A program made the position numbers and the translations under genes. A DNA stretch of 63,449 nt, the filler included, from Reclinomonas americana ATCC 50394 (lineage: Eukaryota): NCBI GenBank assembly GCA_048213135.1. It is 5 parts of 3 records of this genome, joined end to end, with 100 filler letters (N's around TTAATTAATTAA, not from the genome) between each part and the next. Parts side by side here need not be neighbours in the genome. Positions count along the whole stretch, not along the records: positions 23,632 to 51,198 come from PS015051.1; 4 more parts are not named here. One strand, 5' to 3'. Below, piece after piece: positions 37,875 to 49,708 of this stretch. The number at the start of each line of letters is the position of its first letter. Positions within the stretch are counted from its first letter, which is position 1. The notes under the pieces are model-generated. The model was not told the DNA's origin. It did no database searches and worked only from the letters and a program-made list of their open reading frames with translations.

Positions 37875-38533
37875 GGACAAGTCTGCCTCGATAACTTTCT
37901 CTCATCCTCCCTCTGCTCGCCCCGAAGCAGCTTGTCCCTCATCCCCCTCCCTCTCTCTCTCACTCTCTTTCTCTTTCTCTCTCGCTCTTGTCCCACGAAT
38001 GCATTTTTCCGACGTCGACTGGACACGCAACAGTCGTTCCCGTAAACGTCGTGCCTCCCGCTCCCGTAACCGTCACCCCCGCAGTGGTCGATCCCGGAGC
38101 AAACCCACTCTGCGAGAGGGTTACCGTGGCGCTCGCACCTACGCGGAAAGGAAGAAGAAAGAAAGAAAATTCAGTTTCGTGAGTGATGTGCCGCACGACA
38201 TGTCGCACACGCACAAGGGGAGAGGGAAGGGAGAGAGTGTGTGAGAGTGAGAGAGACAGGGAGAGGAGGGAGAGAAGGAGAGAGAGGGAGAGAAGAGGGA
38301 GAGGAGGAGGGAGGCAGACACTCTCTCTCTCTCACACACACACAAACTCACAACTCACTGCGCACACTGCACACGCACTGCACACACTGCTCACCCTATC
38401 ACTCACACACTCACACACACACACTCTCTCTCTCTCTCACACACACACACACTCCTCTTCTCGTTACGCAACCAATGATCAAGTGGAGCAGAAGCACCAC
38501 AAGGAGCACCAGCGAGGTCGATGTCGACTTCAT
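23752..38533 (-). CDS. Giant secreted/cell-surface protein with at least 18 tandem ~95-aa Thr-rich IPT/TIG-like (Ig-fold) repeats, 3'-partial
   Basis: Signal peptide MKSTSTSLVLLVVLLLHLIIGASA (exon 38533-38473 joined to the exon starting at 38138). Repeat consensus S(F/I)SP-x6-9-T(V/L)TxTGxG..VV..C..T..(Y/F/L)xxC(Y/I/F). More than 35 frame-consistent exons. Truncated by the contig linker near 23580. Confidence 0.82.
34740..35340. repeat. Approx. 200-220 bp unit, three copies, inside an intron of the IPT-repeat gene
   Basis: CGAAGGGCTG..GTTGCGAC..GGCTGGAGTGCGAGAGTGGG..ACGACAACGAAT recurs at approx. 34750, 34963 and 35167. Confidence 0.8.
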
Positions 38534-39317
38534 TCGTGGTACACTGCTTTGCTTGCTTGCTTGCTGCACACACAGACGGAAGCACAGAGTTGAGTGTCGC
38601 AGTCATGTCGGAGTAATTTTCGCATCGTGGTGCGCAACTGATCGAGCGTGTGCAGTGTATGATAGAGAGAGTGAGTGAGAGGGATAACACGCACGCAGAC
38701 GGGTGCACACGGTCCGCTCCGCGGTCAAGTGTGGATGCAATTAGTCCTGCGTTCGGAATGCAGTCAATATGGCGCGACGTCGAGAGACAACAACAAAGTC
38801 GGTGTGAGCAGCCGACTGTGTGAAAGCCGCCCCATTCGTGGTAGTCAAAGAGAAACTGCAACCGCATTGCAGTTTCAGTTTCAGACTTCGCGGAGCAGCA
38901 ATTAAATGCATCCGAAGCGACTTCGACGTAAAGTCCTTCGCATAACACACGGTTGATTGACTTTGCCTCCAACAACAATGCATCAACCAACAAACTTGCA
39001 ACAGCTGTCTTGATGACCAAGCCCAACCAAATCCAAGTCATCAACATAAACTCCAGCCTTGGGACAGCGCGCGGCAGGTCTCTTGTGTGGTGTTAACATG
39101 TTGCAAGGGACGATCTGCTGCGAGAAGGTGGTGTACAAAGGCCACTGTCGGCAAGGGACATGCGGGCATTCACCATGATGCTAAGATGTCGTGTCTTGTC
39201 TGAGCCACACCACAATCGCAGCGCGACGGAAACGTTCGTCTTCCCCTTCCTTCCCCTCCCTCTCCTTCTCCTTCCCCCTATCCCCCCTTCCCCCGCAGTC
39301 AATCTACCCCATTTCCT

Positions 39318-42300
39318 TCACTCCTTGAACGCCACAAACCGCCGCAACATCGCCGCCTGCTCCGACGACCACTCAAAATCCTCCAATCTCTTGTGAAAGG
39401 CGGCCGTCACCGCATAAATGTACGAGCGCATCTCCCGCGAAACGCGCGCCACCTGCGGCCTCAACGCCCACGTCGATTCGGCGGGTCGCTGCTGCTGCTG
39501 NNNNNNNNNNNNNNNNNNNNGGCTGCTGCTGTTGCGACGACGTCACCTGGTGCAGCTCGTCGACGCGCAGCAGGCCGCCGAGCAGGCTGCACAGGAGCGG
39601 GTGCCAGTTGGCCTGCACCACGCCAAACTGGTCCTCGACGTACGACTTGACCATGAACACGGAGAGCACCTGCGACGACCACAGCGCCAGCTGGTGATAC
39701 CGGAAGACGGCCTCGAAATCGGTGGGCGCGTCACCCGGCGCCACAAACTGCTGCCACGCCGTGTTCATCGACTCGACGAACTCGCCGCGCGCCTTGCGAT
39801 CGACGGTGATCTTCCACAGCAGGCGCGGCCACGTCACCGTCAGCGCCTCCACCAGGCGCGGCAGCGACGAGAACGCCGAGGGCGCCTGACCGAATTTAGC
39901 GCCCACCTGCGAGCGCGCGGCGTGATATCGCGCCAAATCCTCCCGCGCCTCCAGCACCGAGTCGACGAGGATGCGTCCGGAGGTGACGGTGCGCTCGCGG
40001 AAAATCGGCACGCGATTCTCGTCGCGATTGTCCACCGGGCGGCAGCGACCGGCCTCCGCGCGCAGCGCCGNNNNNNNNNNNNNNNNNNNNNNNNNNNNNN
40101 NNNNNNNNNNNNNNNNNNNNNNNNNNNNNNNNNNNNNNNNNNNNNNNNNNNNNNNNNNNNNNNNNNNNNNNNNNNNNNNNNNNNNNNNNNNNNNNNNNNN
40201 NNNNNNNNNNNNNNNNNNNNNNNNNNNNNNNNNNNNNNNNNNNNNNNNNNNNNNNNNNNNNNNNNNNNNNNNNNNNNNNNNNNNNNNNNNNNNNNNNNNN
40301 NNNNNNNNNNNNNNNNNNNNNNNNNNNNNNNNNNNNNNNNNNNNNNNNNNNNNNNNNNNNNNNNNNNNNNNNNNNNNNNNNNNNNNNNNNNNNNNNNNNN
40401 NNNNNNNNNNNNNNNNNNNNNNNNNNNNNNNNNNNNNNNNNNNNNNNNNNNNNNNNNNNNNNNNNNNNNNNNNNNNNNNNNNNNNNNNNNNNNNNNNNNN
40501 NNNNNNNNNNNNNNNNNNNNNNNNNNNNNNNNNNNNNNNNNNNNNNNNNNNNNNNNNNNNNNNNNNNNNNNNNNNNNNNNNNNNNNNNNNNNNNNNNNNN
40601 NNNNNNNNNNNNNNNNNNNNNNNNNNNNNNNNNNNNNNNNNNNNNNNNNNNNNNNNNNNNNNNNNNNNNNNNNNNNNNNNNNNNNNNNNNNNNNNNNNNN
40701 NNNNNNNNNNNNNNNNNNNNNNNNNNNNNNNNNNNNNNNNNNNNNNNNNNNNNNNNNNNNNNNNNNNNNNNNNNNNNNNNNNNNNNNNNNNNNNNNNNNN
40801 NNNNNNNNNNNNNNNNNNNNNNNNNNNNNNNNNNNNNNNNNNNNNNNNNNNNNNNNNNNNNNNNNNNNNNNNNNNNNNNNNNNNNNNNNNNNNNNNNNNN
40901 NNNNNNNNNNNNNNNNNNNNNNNNNNNNNNNNNNNNNNNNNNNNNNNNNNNNNNNNNNNNNNNNNNNNNNNNNNNNNNNNNNNNNNNNTTGACAGCACGT
41001 CCACGTACTTTTGGCATTGCGACGACAGGCGGCTCCACCGCTCCCGCGTGTGGTCCTCAAACACGACAGCGCGGAAGCGGCGATCGCTCAGCGCGCGGTC
41101 GGACACGTAGAGCAGGCGCAGATGCTCCATGTACAGGTCGTCGTCAAAGGCGCGCAGCCACAGCGGGTCGTTGCCGGGCAGCGACACTTTGAGTTGCGCC
41201 GGGGCCATGCGCTCAAAGTCGAGGAACTCGGTGAGGAGGATCTCGCGGAGGTGGAAGTTGAGTTCGAGCAGGAAGGTGGCAAAGGTGGCGACGGCGAAGA
41301 GGTGGGTGTGGAAGGTGAACCAGCTATTTGGGAAAAGGGAAAGGGGATTTTGGAAAGGGAGACATGACAGAATGGGGCAGAGGTGTGTGGGACGCAACTG
41401 TGGCTGCGCAAAATTCCAAAACCAATTCGTGACGAGGAAGCCAATCACCGTGTGCCACCCGCCCACCAACGCCTCCAGCGCCACCTGCGGCAGGCGTTGT
41501 CGCAAGCGTGCCACCCGCGAGAAGCGCGGCACCGGCGGGAACGAGTAGCAGCGGTCGGTGGCGTAGCCCTTGCGCAGCGCAAAGCCAATGCCACACAGGC
41601 ACGCCACCCACGCCAGGCAGCCGACCGGGTACTCCTCCGACGGAATGATGAGCCACGACGACACGAGGGCGCCACTTGCTGCTGTGTTAGTAGTCGAAGT
41701 CGCCACTCCCACAACCGTCTCGCCAGCGAGGAGGAGTGGGGCGGCGGCGGCCGCGTAGAGGGCGTACGAGGCGAGGAGTTTGGCGGACAGCACGTAGCGC
41801 TTGGCCAGGCGCACGAGCCAGTGCGTGCGGACGGCGATGAGGCCGCCGGTGCCGCCGGGGAGGAAGTCGAAGAGGAAGGAGAGGGCGCGGCCGGCAAGAG
41901 TGCAGCCGAGCACAACCCTGTTGAAAGGGAAAGGGGGATAAGGGAAAGGGGGCGAGGAGGGAAAGCAAGGGAGGGAGGAGGAGGAAAGGGAGGGAGGGGG
42001 AGGAAAGGGAGGGAGGGAGAGGGAGGAAGACAACAGATCTGGTTGCTCAGAGTCAAGGAGAGGACAGCAAGACGCAAGTGACAGTGCGAGAGTGTGTTGG
42101 AGAAAGCACGCAGAAAACAGGCCAAGCTGTCCACGGTCCACAAGCGTCAAGATTCAGAGAGAGAGAGAGAGAGAGACCTCAACGACATCAGCAACAAAGC
42201 AAGATGAGCAGAGTCAAGGAGAGTAGTGCAACAAGGCATAGCATGAGATCACGAGACAAGTGTCAAGCAACAGTGCGAGAGAGCGAGACAGGAGCAGGAA

Positions 42301-43809
42301 GACACCAGTCTGCAAGAATGAAGAGACAGAGCGAGCGAAAAAGAGAGGCGGCAACGAGATCAACAGCGAAGCATGCTGACCAGAGTCAATAATAGAGAGA
42401 AACACGAGTGTCAAGACATCGCGAGGAAGCAGGAGAAGATTCACGCTGATCGAGAGTCAAGTCAAGAGAAAGAACGAGGGAAAGAGCAAGATCGTCAATG
42501 GATAGTCAAAGAGGGAGCCTGATGCTCGACAGGAGCCCACAAAGCAAGACGTAAAGAGTCGAGAGTCAGCCGGAGAGAGAGAGAGAGAGAACAGGGTCAA
42601 GAAGAGAGGGAGTGAGAGAGAGAGAGTCAGAAGGCCAAGCAGATCAGAGTCAAGTAGAGCGCAGCACGAGCGCGAGTCAGCCGACAGATAATGCAGTCAA
42701 GAATCAAGAGTCACAACGAGGGAGAGAATGGGAGGAGGGAGGGAGACAGAGAGAAATCAACGACACACAAGCCAAGCTGTTCAGAGAGCAAGAAGAGTGC
42801 GAGAGACAACTCGTCAAGAATCACGAGACAACTCGTATCGAATGCATCAAAGCACACACACTCCACCACCCGATCCCGCTCACCATATCGCCGCAAACGA
42901 CCACGTTACTGCATAAAACGCAAACAAACACAAGCTGTCAGCCATGTCCCAACACACTCTCTCTCACACACACACTCTCACACTCTCATTGTGCGTGCAG
43001 ACACGGCCACGTGGCGCAAGAAGTGTGCATGTGTGTGTGAGAGAGAGTGAGTGCGAATGCGCGTGGTGTGTGCTTCTCATCTGTGGATGCACTTGTCTTG
43101 CAGTTGTCTCTTCGAGCCCTTCTACAGCGTTGCGTGCTGTGCGTGCGTGTGTGCGTGTGTTTGTGTGTGTATGTATGTATATAAGTGTGCGTGTAGGTGT
43201 GCGTATGTGCGTGTGTGTGTGTCAGCTCGTGCTCTTCTCATGCATGCACTTGTCTTCGCGCCTTTCCACAGCATTGCGTATCTCTCTCTGTGTGTGTGAG
43301 TGTGAGTGTGAGTGTGTGTGTGTGCGTGTGTGTGAGAGGGAGAGAGAGCGAGAGTGCGTGTGCGTCAGAGTGTTCGCTCTCCTCTGCATGCACTTGTCTC
43401 GCAGTTCTCGTGCCCTCAGTCTCTGTGCATGTGCTGTGCGTGCGTGTGTGTGTGTACGTGTGTGTCAGAGTGTGTGTATATCAGAATGCCTGCATGCAAC
43501 TTCATCTCACTTCTTGTGCACTTGTCTTGTCGGTGTTCTCTCTGTGCCCTTCATGTGCAACAGCTGTACGTGCTCTCTCTCTCTCTCCCTCTCCTCTCCC
43601 TCTCTCTGCACCCTCTTCCTCCTCCCACTCCGCGCGCAACATTGACTCGCGCTCTCCCCGCCCATTGTCGCGCTCGACGAAGAAGGCGAAGAAGAGACAA
43701 GGCGCACGAGCACACTCAGCGCAGCGCACACTGCCGCGCCGCCCACACACGACCAAAAGTCGCTGACAATCGTGCGCAGTTGTCGCACCTCGCCACCCCA
43801 CGCTTCCAT
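39318..43809 (-). CDS. NDC1: Nucleoporin NDC1 (TMEM48)
   Basis: Several N-terminal TM segments; C-terminal VKSYVEDQFGVVQ motif (NDC1 S..ED.(F/Y)GVVQ); terminal YIYAVTAAF..MLRRFVAFKE*. Exons 43809-43641, 42908-42884, 41917-41399 and 41323-39318 (with gaps). Confidence 0.72.
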
Positions 43810-43899
43810 ATTGAGAAAGAGAGAAGGAGACAAGAGGGAGAAAGACGCGCTCACAGGCGATGATATGAAACAGGGGGGGTCCGTCGGTCGGTGGGACAA

Positions 43900-44870
43900 G
43901 TGGAAATGCAAGATAAATGAAGGCGTTTTGCAGCTGTTGCTGCTTGGCTTGCAACTTGCACACTCTTGTACTCACATTCTATGAGGAGAGAGCGAGAAAA
44001 AACAACACAGTTTGCTTGTTTTGCGATCAAAATGCTCCGTCGATCGGTGGATTAGTGGAAATGCAAGTTTGCAAAGAGCGTGTGCAGCTTTTGCCCTTTG
44101 GATTACTACTCGCTTGTACATGCACTTCTCATTCCCCGCAGAGAGAGCGAGAAAAAGTCAACCCTGCTTGTGTTGCGCGATCAAAGTGCTCCGTCGATCG
44201 GTGGATGTGTGGAAATGCAAGAAAATGAAGGCGTTTTGCAGCTGTTGCTGCTTGGCTTACTAGTTGCACACCATTGCACTCACACTCCATCAGGAGAGAG
44301 CGAGAAAAAACAGCACAGTTAGCGTGTTTTGCGATCAAACTGCTCCGTCGATCGGTGGATGAGTGGAAATGCAAGTTTGCAAAGGGCGTTTGCAGTTTTT
44401 GCCCCTTGGATTACTACTCGTTTGTGCGTGCACTTCTCATTCCCCGCAGAGAGAGCGAGAAAAAGTCAACCCTGCTTGTGCTTGTGATCAAAGTGCTCCG
44501 TCGATCGGTGGATGTGTGGAAATGCAAGTTTGCAAAGGGCGTGTGCAGCGGCTGCTCATCGCTGTACTACTCGCTTGTACGTGCACTTCTCATTCCCCGC
44601 AGAGAGAGCGAGAAAAAATCAACCCTGCTTGTGCTTGTGATCAAAGTGCTCCGTCGATCGGTGGATTAGTGGAAATGCAAGTTTGCAAAGGGCGTTTGCA
44701 GTTTTTGCCCCTTGGATTACTACTCGCTTGTACATGCACTTCTCATTCCCCGCAGAGAGAGCGAGAAAAAGTCAACCCTGCTTGTGCTTGTGATCAAAGT
44801 GCTCCGTCGATCGGTGGATGTGTGGAAATGCATGTTTGGAAAGGGCGTGTGCAGCGGCTGCTCAGCTGAA
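43900..44870. repeat. Tandem array of ~153 bp units, about six copies
   Basis: GCGAGAAAAA at 43992, 44147, 44300, 44455, 44608 and 44761. Each unit contains GATCAAA.TGCTCCGTCGATCGGTGGAT..GTGGAAATGCA. Confidence 0.9.
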
Positions 44871-45034
44871 CTACGTGCACACTGTTGCTCTCTCGCCCTC
44901 TCACTTTCCAGCGGAGAAAAACGCAATCCTTTGCCTGTTTTTATTTCATTTTATTTGAGATGAGTGTGCTCCGTTGGTCGAGTGGGCGGGTGGATTTTCG
45001 TGTGACTCTGTGTGTGTGTTTGAGTGAGCGCAAC

Positions 45035-45639
45035 ATGGCGTCGTCCACTGGTGAGTGGCATTTAGTGCGGAGGGTGGGAGAGAGTGAGAAGAGAGAGAGA
45101 GCACGTTTTGCTTGTGTTTGTGAGAAAGTTGGCGGGCATGTCTTGTTGCAAGTTGCCGCGCGAGAGAAAGACGCAGAGAGTGAGTGTGAGTGAGAGAGAG
45201 AGAGACAGAGAATGAGAGAGAGTGAAGAGGCAGAGAGAAGGGAGACAACAAGACGAAGAAACACATGCATTCCCTCTCTCATACACACACGCAGTGAGAG
45301 AGGCACACTTGCAGTGACACCGAGGCAGTGTGTGCGAACGTGTGAGAGAAAGCCATTCAGCTTGGGATTCGTCCTTGCTCTCTCTCTCTCTCACTCTCTC
45401 TCTCTCTCTCGCACACAAGGAATCCCTGCAAGACAGAGTGACTGACATTCTCCCTCCCTCTCTCTCCCTCTCTCTGTTTACCTGTTTGTCTCGCACAACA
45501 CACACACATACACTGTCAGAGTGAGAGTGTCTCCCCGCAGAGAGAAAGCCTCAACACGAGAAGAAGGCAATGCTTATTCATGTCTCTCTTTCTTTCTCTC
45601 TGTTTGTTGTCTATCTCACACAGCACCCATGCACAAAAG

Positions 45640-45674
<35 letters not shown>

Positions 45675-46323
45675 CGAGGTAGNNNNNNNNNNNNNNNNNN
45701 NNNNNNNNNNNNNNNNNNNNNNNNNNNNNNNNNNNNNNNNNNNNNNNNNNNNNNNNNNNNNNNNNNNNNNNNNNNNNNNNNNNNNNNNNNNNNNNNNNNN
45801 NNNNNNNNNNNNNNNNNNNNNNNNNNNNNNNNNNNNNNNNNNNNNNNNNNNNNNNNNNNNNNNNNNNNNNNNNNNNNNNNNNNNNNNNNNNNNNNNNNNN
45901 NNNNNNNNNNNNNNNNNNNNNNNNNNNNNNNNNNNNNNNNNNNNNNNNNNNNNNNNNNNNNNNNNNNNNNNNNNNNNNNNNNNNNNNNNNNNNNNNNNNN
46001 NNNNNNNNNNNNNNNNNNNNNNNNNNNNNNNNNNNNNNNNNNNNNNNNNNNNNNNNNNNNNNNNNNNNNNNNNNNNNNNNNNNNNNNNNNNNNNNNNNNN
46101 NNNNNNNNNNNNNNNNNNNNNNNNNNNNNNNNNNNNNNNNNNNNNNNNNNNNNNNNNNNNNNNNNNNNNNNNNNNNNNNNNNNNNNNNNNNNNNNNNNNN
46201 NNNNNNNNNNNNNNNNNNNNNNNNNNNNNNNNNNNNNNNNNNNNNNNNNNNNNNNNNNNNNNNNNNNNNNNNNNNNNNNNNNNNNNNNNNNNNNNNNNNN
46301 NNNNNNNNNNNNCGTCGTACGTC

Positions 46324-46373
<50 letters not shown>

Positions 46374-49300
46374 AAGTGATGTTTCCACTGTTCTTGAGAA
46401 TTCACTTTTGTCCTTGTTGTTGTTGCAAGTGAGCTGTGTGCCAGTGTGAGTGCCATTTGGCCTCCTCCTTCTCTCTCTCTCTCTCCCTCTGTTTCTCCTT
46501 CTCATCGCCTTCCTTCCCCCTTGCCCCCCTTTTGCTCACGCTCCTTCCCCCTGTCCGCAGAGCCCGCGAGGAAGCCGAGGCCGCCGCCGCCGCCGCCGCT
46601 GCTGCCGTGCCTACCGACGCCGACGCCACCGCCACCGCCGCCGATGGCGAGGAAGGCACCGCCACCGCCGGCGATCCCACCAGCCCCGCCTCAGTGACCA
46701 GTCCGAGTGGCAACGGTGCGGCGTTTGTCGCCCCCGCCGCGGCGATGCCCAAGTACCGCGTCATTGACGAGGATTCCGACGAGGACGAGGACGAGGATGA
46801 GGATTTCAAGGAGCGCGACGAGCAGACGGCGCTCATTCAAAAGCACGACGCCAACACACGCACGACGGTGCGCAATCTGCGTCTGCGCGAGGACACGGCC
46901 AAGTACCTGTACAATCTCGACGTCAACTCGGCCTACTACGACCCGAAGACGCGCTCCATGCGTGCCAATCCGCGCCCCGACAAGGAGATGACCGACACGT
47001 CGTTTGCCGGCGACAATATTGTGCGCTTTTCGGGTGACGCACCAAAAGTGCTGGAGGCGCAGGTGTTTGCGTGGGAGACGGCGGAGAAGGGTGCCGATGT
47101 GCACATGCAGGCGCAGCCGACGCAGTTGGCGGTGATGGAGAAGGTGGTGGCGCAGCGCAAGGCCGAGCTGAGGGAGAAGCAGAATAAGAGTTGCGCCGGG
47201 AGGGGAGAAGGAGGGGGAAGGGGGGAGGGAAGGGAGAGAGGAGAGGAGAGGGTAGAAGAGAGAGGAGTGCCTGTTGGTGTGAGAGCGAGAGCGAGAGAGA
47301 GAGAGGGACAAAGAATGCAGGGGCAGCAGTGAGAGGGGAAGATATAGAGGGATGGCGAAGAGAGAGAAGTGAGAAGGGAGAGTGAGTGGTAGTGAGAGAG
47401 ANNNNNNNNNNNNNNNNNNNNNNNNNNNNNNNNNNNNNNNNNNNNNNNNNNNNNNNNNNNNNNNNNNNNNNNNNNNNNNNNNNNNNNNNNNNNNNNNNNN
47501 NNNNNNNNNNNNNNNNNNNNNNNNNNNNNNNNNNNNNNNNNNNNNNNNNNNNNNNNNNNNNNNNNNNNNNNNNNNNNNNNNNNNNNNNNNNNNNNNNNNN
47601 NNNNNNNNNNNNNNNNNNNNNNNNNNNNNNNNNNNNNNNNNNNNNNNNNNNNNNNNNNNNNNNNNNNNNNNNNNNNNNNNNNNNNNNNNNNNNNNNNNNN
47701 NNNNNNNNNNNNNNNNNNNNNNNNNNNNNNNNNNNNNNNNNNNNNNNNNNNNNNNNNNNNNNNNNNNNNNNNNNNNNNNNNNNNNNNNNNNNNNNNNNNN
47801 NNNNNNNNNNNNNNNNNNNNNNNNNNNNNNNNNNNNNNNNNNNNNNNNNNNNNNNNNNNNNNNNNNNNNNNNNNNNNNNNNNNNNNNNNNNNNNNNNNNN
47901 NNNNNNNNNNNNNNNNNNNNNNNNNNNNNNNNNNNNNNNNNNNNNNNNNNNNNNNNNNNNNNNNNNNNNNNNNNNNNNNNNNNNNNNNNNNNNNNNNNNN
48001 NNNNNNNNNNNNNNNNNNNNNNNNNNNNNNNNNNNNNNNNNNNNNNNNNNNNNNNNNNNNNNNNNNNNNNNNNNNNNNNNNNNNNNNNNNNNNNNNNNNN
48101 NNNNNNNNNNNNNNNNNNNNNNNNNNNNNNNNNNNNNNNNNNNNNNNNNNNNNNNNNNNNNNNNNNNNNNNNNNNNNNNNNNNNNNNNNNNNNNNNNNNN
48201 NNNNNNNNNNNNNNNNNNNNNNNNNNNNNNNNNNNNNNNNNNNNNNNNNNNNNNNNNNNNNNNNNNNNNNNNNNNNNNNNNNNNNNNNNNNNNNNNNNNN
48301 NNNNNNNNNNNNNNNNNNNNNNNNNTCGTGAGGTGTCACGGAACCGAAGGGGGACATGGGAGGAATAAGAGAGAAGGGAAGTTGTGAGTTGTGGTAGCCG
48401 GTTTGAAGTTTGGCGAGAGAGAAGAGGCGAGAAAGAAAGAGAGAAACCAGGAAGAGCGCGATACAGAAAAAACGGGGGCGAGAGAGAAGTCATTTTCTCC
48501 AAGTGTTGTTACTCACTCACGTGAGAATGCAGTGAGAAGATGGAGGTGATTAATGTTTCAAGAGAATACAGACCGACAGGCACACACAGAAAGAGAGAGA
48601 GAAAAAAACCAGGAAGAGCAATACTTTGTCCGAGAGAAATTTCACTCCCCTTTAAAGGTTACTCACTCCCTTCCCCCCTCCACCCACCCCCGCAGTGCTC
48701 CTGGAGAGGTACGGCGGCTCGGAGCACATGACCAAGGTGCCGGAGGAGTTGGTGCTGGCGGCGTCGGAGCGCTACGTGGAGTACGGTGCCGACGGCAAGC
48801 CGCTGATCAAGGCCAAGGGGCCGGTGATTGCGCGCAGCAAGTACGAGGAGGACGTGTACGTGAACAATCATTCGTCGGTGTGGGGCTCGTACTGGAAGGA
48901 TGGCCAGTGGGGCTATTCGTGTTGCAAGTCGCTGTCGAAGGACTCGTATTGCCGCGGACCCAAGTAAGTTTTGAAGAGGGAAAAGGAACTGGGTGTCGTG
49001 CTCGCTCACTTTTTCCCCTTTCGCAGTGCGCGCGACTCGGAGGACGACCTCATCGCGGAGATGATTCGGCGCAAGGAGATGGAGCTGGAGCAGAAGCGGT
49101 TGGCGGACGAGGCGGCGGCGGCGTCGGGGAGCAAGAGTGGGCGGAGAAAACGCGGGCGTAGTGAGGAGAGTGGCAGCGGGAGTGGCAACAGCGACGACGA
49201 TGACGAGGAGTTGGAGCGGAAGCGCAAGGTCAAGGAGGCGATGCGGCGGGAGCAGGAGCGCATTCGGCGGCTGCGGGAGGAGGGGTTGGCGGATGATCGG

Positions 49301-49417
49301 AAGCGCGGGTACAATTCGTTGGCGGGCGACTCGGAGCATCATGTGCGGGAGGAGGATTTGGAGGCGTTTATGTTGACGAGGGAGCATTATGATGATCCGA
49401 TGAGGAAGGGGAAGTGA
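45035..49417 (+). CDS. SLU7: Pre-mRNA splicing factor SLU7
   Basis: TVRNLRLREDTAKYLYNLDVNSAYYDPKTRSMR, QVFAWE, QAQPTQ, LERYGG, SKYEEDVYVNNHSSVWGSYWKDGQWGYSCC, DDPM. Exons 46561-47189, 48696-48963, 49027-49417. Putative first exon 45035-45050 (MASST|); the remaining N-terminus is probably in the gap. Confidence 0.93.
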
Positions 49418-49708
49418 TGAGGGGGGGATTAGGGAAAGGGAAATGAAGGGAATTGGAGAAGGTGGTTGGAGCGAGATGTGAGTCCTTGTTGACGCGCTCT
49501 GAGACGTCTACGATGCCAGGTTGAAAGTTTCCACGATCCACAGCCTCACGAAGCACAATACAACACGAAGTTGGAGACGAGGGGAGAAACATGCTGCGTG
49601 ACATGGACATTACGAGCGCGGCGCATACTCATTCGCGAATCTGGATCCCCTCTCCCAGCCAATTCCTGGTTTCATTCTCTACGCAAGATATGCTCGCCAC
49701 TCCAACAC

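Noticed and set aside
38403-39047. 214-aa minus-strand ORF upstream of the IPT-repeat gene
   Set aside because: No recognisable domain, it overlaps the signal-peptide exon in another frame, and it runs into CA/GT microsatellite.
43900-44870. CRISPR-like or repeat-protein interpretation of the 153 bp array
   Set aside because: Whole units are repeated with no unique spacers, there are no cas genes, the context is eukaryotic, and the ORFs are by-products of a 3n period.
14966-49417. SmD1 and SLU7 as a splicing-gene cluster explaining the odd donors
   Set aside because: They are 28 kb apart and separated by an artificial linker; both look conventional, so co-occurrence is probably chance.
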